A stretch of 64,000 nt of DNA, taken from an uncultured Gammaproteobacteria bacterium (GTDB lineage Bacteria; Pseudomonadota; Gammaproteobacteria; SG8-11). The stretch's first letter is position 1. Each line of letters starts with the position of its first letter. A model generated the notes under the pieces. That model was given only the letters and a program-made list of their open reading frames with translations. It was not told the DNA's origin and ran no database searches. Positions 58,855 to 64,000 of the stretch are shown here, piece after piece. Made by a program: the position numbers and the translations under genes. Location of the stretch: positions 3,276 through 67,275 of the forward strand of contig CAZZJI010000007.1 in the NCBI GenBank assembly GCA_964654485.1, in the 5' to 3' direction.

Positions 58855-59964
58855 ATGAGAAATATTGCAATGAAATTGATTCTTTTAACACTTTTAATCG
58901 TTATGGCAACGCCACTGCACGCGCAACGCATCAAAGATGTGACATCGATTGGGGGTGTACGCAGTAATCCATTGGTTGGCTATGGCCTGGTCGTGGGCCT
59001 GGACGGAACCGGTGATCAAACGAGTCAAACGCCGTTTACGATCCAGAGCATTAAAAGCATGTTGTCACAATTTGGGGTCACCATTCCACCCAATGTGAAA
59101 CCGCAGCTAAAGAATGTCGCTGCCGTTACCTTACACGCAAATTTACCGCCTTTTTCAAAGCGAGGTCAGGCCATTGATTTGACGGTATCTTCAATTGGTA
59201 ATGCAAAAAGTTTGCGTGGTGGTACGTTGCTAATGGCGCCTCTAAAGGGAATAGACGGAAATATATATGCGATCGCACAGGGTAATGTGGTGGTCGGCGG
59301 ATTTGGTGTTTCAGGTAATGATGGTTCGCGTATAACGGTAAACATCCCCAGTGTTGGCAGAATACCGGGGGGGGCAACGGTAGAACGGGAAGTCCCTTCG
59401 TCATTTGGTTTCGGAAACACGGTTACTTTTAATTTGCATAAAGCGGATTTTACCACCGCAAAAAATCTTGCCGATGCTGTAAACAAAACTATTGGGGCCG
59501 GAACTGCTTATGCTATTGATGCCTCTTCAGTAAGAGTAAGCGCGCCACGCGAAATACCACAGCGTGTTGCGTTTGTTTCAGTCATTGAAAATATTGAGAT
59601 AAAATTGGGTGAAACGGCGGCAAAAATTATAGTCAATTCCAGAACGGGTACGATTGTTATCGGAAAAAATGTTTCTGTATCACCCGCCGCAGTGACCCAT
59701 GGCAGTTTGACAGTGACGATTACCGAACGTGCAATCGTCAGTCAGCCCCAGGCTTTTTCACAGGGCGACACCGTCGTGGTTCCAACCAGTGACATTAAAG
59801 TAACAGAATCGGGTGGCCGCATGTTTTTATTCGAACCTGGGGTAGCGTTAAACGATATCGTTGCAGCGGTCAATCAGGTTGGCGCAGCCCCTGGAGATTT
59901 AATTGCGATACTCGAGGCACTCAAAGAGGCGGGGGCACTTCAAGCTGAGCTTATCGTAATTTAA
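58855..59964 (+). CDS. flgI: Flagellar P-ring protein FlgI
   Basis: 369 aa. Signal peptide then [30 protein letters not shown]. Confidence 0.95.
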   Translation: MRNIAMKLILLTLLIVMATPLHAQRIKDVTSIGGVRSNPLVGYGLVVGLDGTGDQTSQTPFTIQSIKSMLSQFGVTIPPNVKPQLKNVAAVTLHANLPPFSKRGQAIDLTVSSIGNAKSLRGGTLLMAPLKGIDGNIYAIAQGNVVVGGFGVSGNDGSRITVNIPSVGRIPGGATVEREVPSSFGFGNTVTFNLHKADFTTAKNLADAVNKTIGAGTAYAIDASSVRVSAPREIPQRVAFVSVIENIEIKLGETAAKIIVNSRTGTIVIGKNVSVSPAAVTHGSLTVTITERAIVSQPQAFSQGDTVVVPTSDIKVTESGGRMFLFEPGVALNDIVAAVNQVGAAPGDLIAILEALKEAGALQAELIVI

Positions 59965-59968
59965 GACT

Positions 59969-60931
59969 ATGGATAACACGTCAATTTCACCCGAAATTTA
60001 TACTGACTTTCAAGGATTGCAAAAATTAAAGCGCGCTGCCCGTGAAGATGCCCGTGGTGCAACAAAAGAAGTTGCACAACAATTTGAATCATTATTTGTA
60101 AAAATGATGCTTAAAAGCATGCGCGACGCAAGCTTTGGTGATGAAATGTTTGGTAGTCAACAAATGGATGCCTATCAGGACATGTTTGATAACCAAATGG
60201 CCATACATTTGTCGAAAGGTAAGGGCATTGGTTTATCCGAAGTGATTATACGGCAGCTTAATGGTGTAAACCAAAAAGATGTAAATCAAAGTGATAATAC
60301 TGAAAATGGATCGAAAGCTGTTTTTGCTTTGTCCGGGGATGGAAAAAATACTGAAAACAGGACTGTACAGGATTTTTTATATTTAAGTAAAGTTGTTGCA
60401 CCGAACAGAGAAAAGACGGTTTCTGAGGACAAAATTACAAAAAATCAGTTTAATTCACCTACCGAATTTGTTGAAACACTTTGGCCGTTGGCAAAAAAAA
60501 TGAGTGAAAAAAGTGGTATTTCGCCACAAATATTGCTTGCCCAGGCTGCATTAGAAACAGGCTGGGGTAAAGCTGTATCAAAACATGCCAGTGGAAAAAG
60601 CAGTTTTAATTTATTCAATATAAAAGCCGATCACCGTTGGGATGGCGAGCGTGTTGCCAAAACGACATTGGAGTATAAAGATGGCGTTGCGGATAAACAA
60701 AAAGCAAATTTTCGTTCCTATCACTCATTTGAAGAGAGTTTCCAGGATTTTATAAATTTTATTAGCAATGAACCTCGCTATCAAAATGCAATGCAGGTTG
60801 TTGATAATAATAAAGATTTTATAACAGAATTACACAAGTCGGGTTATGCTACAGATCCGTTATATGCCGAAAAAGTCATTCGTGTATTAAAGGGACCCGA
60901 AATGAAAAATGCGCTTTTAAGGATGTTTTAG
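59969..60931 (+). CDS. flgJ: Flagellar rod assembly protein / peptidoglycan hydrolase FlgJ
   Basis: 320 aa. N-terminal rod-binding FESLFVKMMLKSMR. C-terminal glucosaminidase-type region (ILLAQAALETGWGK, YATDPLYAEKV). Confidence 0.9.
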   Translation: MDNTSISPEIYTDFQGLQKLKRAAREDARGATKEVAQQFESLFVKMMLKSMRDASFGDEMFGSQQMDAYQDMFDNQMAIHLSKGKGIGLSEVIIRQLNGVNQKDVNQSDNTENGSKAVFALSGDGKNTENRTVQDFLYLSKVVAPNREKTVSEDKITKNQFNSPTEFVETLWPLAKKMSEKSGISPQILLAQAALETGWGKAVSKHASGKSSFNLFNIKADHRWDGERVAKTTLEYKDGVADKQKANFRSYHSFEESFQDFINFISNEPRYQNAMQVVDNNKDFITELHKSGYATDPLYAEKVIRVLKGPEMKNALLRMF

Positions 60932-61025
60932 GTATAAAGATATAATGAAATCGGACGAACAAATGGGATAGAAGACGGATTATGAATATTTACCGTTAAA
61001 AAAACTGGGAATACTGGAGTATGCA

Positions 61026-62951
61026 ATGGCGGATGGCAATATATTAGGAACGGCAGTATCAGGTTTGTTAGCGAGCCAAAGAGCGCTGACGACCATCAGT
61101 AATAATATATCCAATGTTAATACACCGGGATACAGCCGTCAGCGCGTTGAACTTGTTACCCGGCCTCCTTCCGATATTGGTAACGTTTTTATTGGAAATG
61201 GCGTTACAACCGCAGCGATTACCCGATCATTCGATCAATTTGCTGTTGAGCAGTTGCGTATCAATACCTCGCTGGATGGGCAGATGGGCAGTTTTTATGA
61301 ATTTGCAAAACAAGTGGATAACTTGCTTGCCAATCCCGACACCGGGCTGTCACCGACGTTACAACGTTTTTTCGATGCTGCGCAAGGTGTTGCAGATGAT
61401 CCTTCTTCGATTCCGGCTCGACAGGTTATGCTGGATGAGGCTCGGTCTTTAACATCTCGTTTCGATTTTCTAAACAATCGTGTAAAAGACCTGGGTGATG
61501 GCGTTAACTCTCAAATAACCAATGCCGTGACCTCGATAAACAGTCTGACCAGTTCGATCGCGAAGTTAAATCAGGATATTGCCAATGCGAGGGGTGCATC
61601 AGGTGGGAAATCACCCAATGATTTACTGGACCAACGAGATGAACTGGTCCGTCAGTTGTCCGAATTTGTATCGGTGACCGCAGTGACACAGGCCTCCGGT
61701 GACATGAATGTTTTTGTTGGAAATGGCGTTGGCCTGGTTGTTGGCAATATAGCCAACCAAATGGCGACCACAGGTAACGAGTTTGATCCAGCCAGTCTTG
61801 AAATTGCACTCATTACGCCAGTCAGTGGTTCACTTAACATTACCAATAATATTAGCGGTGGGCTGATTGGTGGCGTATTGGCATTTCGACAGGAGATACT
61901 CGAGCCAATGGTCAATAACCTGGGGCAAATTGCCATTGCATTAGCGGATACATTTAATGCTCAACATCAATTGGGCCAGGATCTCGACGGACAACTGGGT
62001 GGTTTATTTTTCAATGACATCGCCGCGACCAGTCCGCAGGCGTTGCCAAGTGAAAACAATGCTGGCAATGCGTCGCTGACCGTGGCCATTACGGATTCCT
62101 CTGCTTTGACTGCGAATGATTATCTACTGCGTTTTGACGGTACCAACTACACGCTGACAAATACGAAAACAAATGTAAGCACGGCACTGCCGGGTTTTCC
62201 TACCGCAACAACAGTCGACGGGGTAACCTTTGATATCGCAGCGGGTGCAATGAATGCGGGTGACAGTATTTTAATTAGACCGACTTTCAATGCCGCAAAC
62301 GATATAGCGCTGCAAATTAACAATGCGGAGCAAATTGCCGCTGCTGCGCCGGTACGAGCGTCATTCAGTATTGGCAATCTGGGGAACGCCACCATTAACC
62401 AACCTGTTGTTAATGCGCCGCCACCGACTGATGTGAATTTGCAACAAGATGTCACCATTACATTTAATACTCCACCGACGACATTTAATGTTGTCGGTGT
62501 GGGTACCGGCGACCCAGTCGGCGTTGGTTTTGTCTCCGGTGGTAATATCACCTTTAATGGCTTTACCACACAAATTACCGGGTCGCCGCAAGCGGGCGAT
62601 GTGTTTACGATTGAGTCAAATGTTGGCGGCATCAGTGATAACCGAAACGCCTTATTGTTAGCAGGAGTACAAACGCAGCAAACCATCAACGGTATCGCCG
62701 ATTTACAATCCGCGTATAGCCAGTTTGTCGCGGGTGTGGGTACACAGACGAATCAAGCCGGTATTAACAGCAGCGCGCAAGAAATTTTACTCAATCAGTC
62801 TATCGCGGCCAGGGAAAGTGTTTCCGGTGTGAATTTGGATGAAGAAGCTGCAAATTTAATTAAATTTCAGCAGGCCTACCAGGCTTCAGCGCAAGTGATC
62901 ACGACGGTGAATACTATTTTTCAGACCCTACTTAACGCAGTTGGGAGGTAA
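61026..62951 (+). CDS. flgK: Flagellar hook-associated protein 1 FlgK
   Basis: 641 aa. N-terminal SNNISNVNTPGYSRQ. C-terminal LDEEAANLIKFQQAYQASAQVITT. Confidence 0.95.
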   Translation: MADGNILGTAVSGLLASQRALTTISNNISNVNTPGYSRQRVELVTRPPSDIGNVFIGNGVTTAAITRSFDQFAVEQLRINTSLDGQMGSFYEFAKQVDNLLANPDTGLSPTLQRFFDAAQGVADDPSSIPARQVMLDEARSLTSRFDFLNNRVKDLGDGVNSQITNAVTSINSLTSSIAKLNQDIANARGASGGKSPNDLLDQRDELVRQLSEFVSVTAVTQASGDMNVFVGNGVGLVVGNIANQMATTGNEFDPASLEIALITPVSGSLNITNNISGGLIGGVLAFRQEILEPMVNNLGQIAIALADTFNAQHQLGQDLDGQLGGLFFNDIAATSPQALPSENNAGNASLTVAITDSSALTANDYLLRFDGTNYTLTNTKTNVSTALPGFPTATTVDGVTFDIAAGAMNAGDSILIRPTFNAANDIALQINNAEQIAAAAPVRASFSIGNLGNATINQPVVNAPPPTDVNLQQDVTITFNTPPTTFNVVGVGTGDPVGVGFVSGGNITFNGFTTQITGSPQAGDVFTIESNVGGISDNRNALLLAGVQTQQTINGIADLQSAYSQFVAGVGTQTNQAGINSSAQEILLNQSIAARESVSGVNLDEEAANLIKFQQAYQASAQVITTVNTIFQTLLNAVGR

Positions 62952-62953
62952 CT

Positions 62954-64000
62954 ATGCGTATCTCAACCAGTCAATTGAGCCAGACGGCGGTCAACGCCAT
63001 GTTGGACCAGCAGGCAAAATTAAGTAAAACTCAGCTACAACTTGCGATCGGGAAAAAAGTTATCACAGCGGCGGATGACCCGGTTGCGGCGGCTCGGATA
63101 CTGGATCTTACGCAGATAATTAAGCAAACTGAACAATTTCAGAAAAATGCGGATGCAGCGAATTCACGTTTACAACAGGAAGAGGGAACGCTAAGCGGTA
63201 TTACAAATATATTGCAAGGTGTGCGCCAATTAACGGTTCAAGCGAGTAATACCATTCAATCAAATGAAGACCGGGCATCGATTGTCACTGAATTGCGGCA
63301 AAAACTGGACGAACTGCTTGCATTAGCCAATACAAAAGACAGCAATAATGATTTTTTATTCTCAGGCTTTCAAGGTAGCGCGCAGCCGTTTGCATTTGAT
63401 GCGGTTAGCAACACGTTTACCTACGCCGGTGATGATGGCCAACGACAGGTGCAAGTGGGCGCCACGCGGCAAATTGCCGATGGTGATTCCGGCACCGATG
63501 TGTTTCGCGCTATTCGTAATGGCAACGGTACGTTTTCTATCAATGCCGGTGCTAATACCGGGGCAGCCGTTATCGAGCCGGGAACAAGAGTGGGTAATTT
63601 TATCCCCGATACCTATACGTTAACCTTCGCAGAACCCACACCCGGTAACTTTACCTATACTGTTACCGATAGCGCTGCTGCGGTGATTGCCGGGCCAACA
63701 GCGTATCAGGATGGCGCAACGATCGATTTGAGCACGGTCGGGGTGCAAACCTCTATTTCAGGTACACCCGCCAATGGCGATACGTTTGTTATCACACCCA
63801 GTGCCAATCAAGATATTTTTCAAACCGTAAAAAATATTATCGATGTGATGGAGATCAGCGTGACCAATCCCGCCGGAACAGCGAATCTTCGCAATGAATT
63901 GAATCGCGGTCTGGTGGCGATGGATCAAGGCATGGAAAATATTATCAATATACGTGCGCGTGTTGGCGCAAGGTTGAATAATATTGACAGTCAGAGAGAT
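62954..64000 (+). CDS. flgL: Flagellar hook-associated protein 3 FlgL (3' end beyond window)
   Basis: ATG at 62954, 2 nt after the flgK stop. MRISTSQLSQTAVNAMLDQQAKLSKTQ..., flagellin-like N-terminus. Frame open to the window end; not in the ORF track because no stop is reached. Confidence 0.85.
   Translation, partial: MRISTSQLSQTAVNAMLDQQAKLSKTQLQLAIGKKVITAADDPVAAARILDLTQIIKQTEQFQKNADAANSRLQQEEGTLSGITNILQGVRQLTVQASNTIQSNEDRASIVTELRQKLDELLALANTKDSNNDFLFSGFQGSAQPFAFDAVSNTFTYAGDDGQRQVQVGATRQIADGDSGTDVFRAIRNGNGTFSINAGANTGAAVIEPGTRVGNFIPDTYTLTFAEPTPGNFTYTVTDSAAAVIAGPTAYQDGATIDLSTVGVQTSISGTPANGDTFVITPSANQDIFQTVKNIIDVMEISVTNPAGTANLRNELNRGLVAMDQGMENIINIRARVGARLNNIDSQRD

Noticed and set aside
60932-61025. 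Searched for sigma-54 or sigma-28 promoters upstream of flgK (tgggaatactggagtatgca).
   Set aside because: GG/GC spacing does not fit TGGCAC-N5-TTGC, and there is no CCGATAA-type -10 element. No promoter call made.

Overview
AT-rich chromosomal segment (roughly 40% G+C by eye, not computed). Gene content and the polar-flagellum gene order flgN-flgM-flgA / cheV-cheR / flgBCDEFGHIJKL point to a gammaproteobacterium; I cannot name the organism. All calls rest on motifs and remembered family features read from the supplied translations; no database search was run.

Layout, left to right:
- 1-8.3 kb: yejABEF-type peptide ABC importer, followed by a second fused double ABC ATPase and a lipoprotein.
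- 8.5-11.1 kb: oversized MltD-like LysM lytic transglycosylase.
- 11.1-14.6 kb (minus strand): class II aldolase-like gene, B12-binding radical SAM gene, and a CXXCH periplasmic protein.
- 15-24 kb: small OMP, P-type cation ATPase, CPA2 antiporter, methyltransferase-rnhA-dnaQ, NhaD-like antiporter.
- 24-28.6 kb: CPBP protease, ugd, galE and a priming glycosyl-phosphotransferase, punctuated by a REP-like palindrome family.
- 28.6-33.5 kb: prkA(yeaG)-yeaH-spoVR(ycgB) operon.
- 35.1-39.6 kb: the most unusual part. About 4.5 kb is bracketed by the two halves of a split tRNA-Arg(CCT)-like gene and carries its own intact tRNA-Arg(CCT). It encodes a signal-less M6-type HExxH metalloprotease. Its ~70-aa C-terminal domain recurs in two free-standing small ORFs, alongside further small unrecognised proteins and strong intercistronic hairpins.
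- 40.2-44.1 kb: arsS-type radical SAM, TIGR04282/DUF2064-like gene, and a DedA::FAD-disulfide-oxidoreductase fusion.
- 44.1-48.9 kb: tonB-exbD-exbB and a TonB-dependent receptor with Fur boxes.
- 49-64 kb: flagellar/chemotaxis region with a clear sigma-54 promoter (flgB) and a clear sigma-28 promoter (flgM).

No CRISPR array, transposase or integrase gene was seen.
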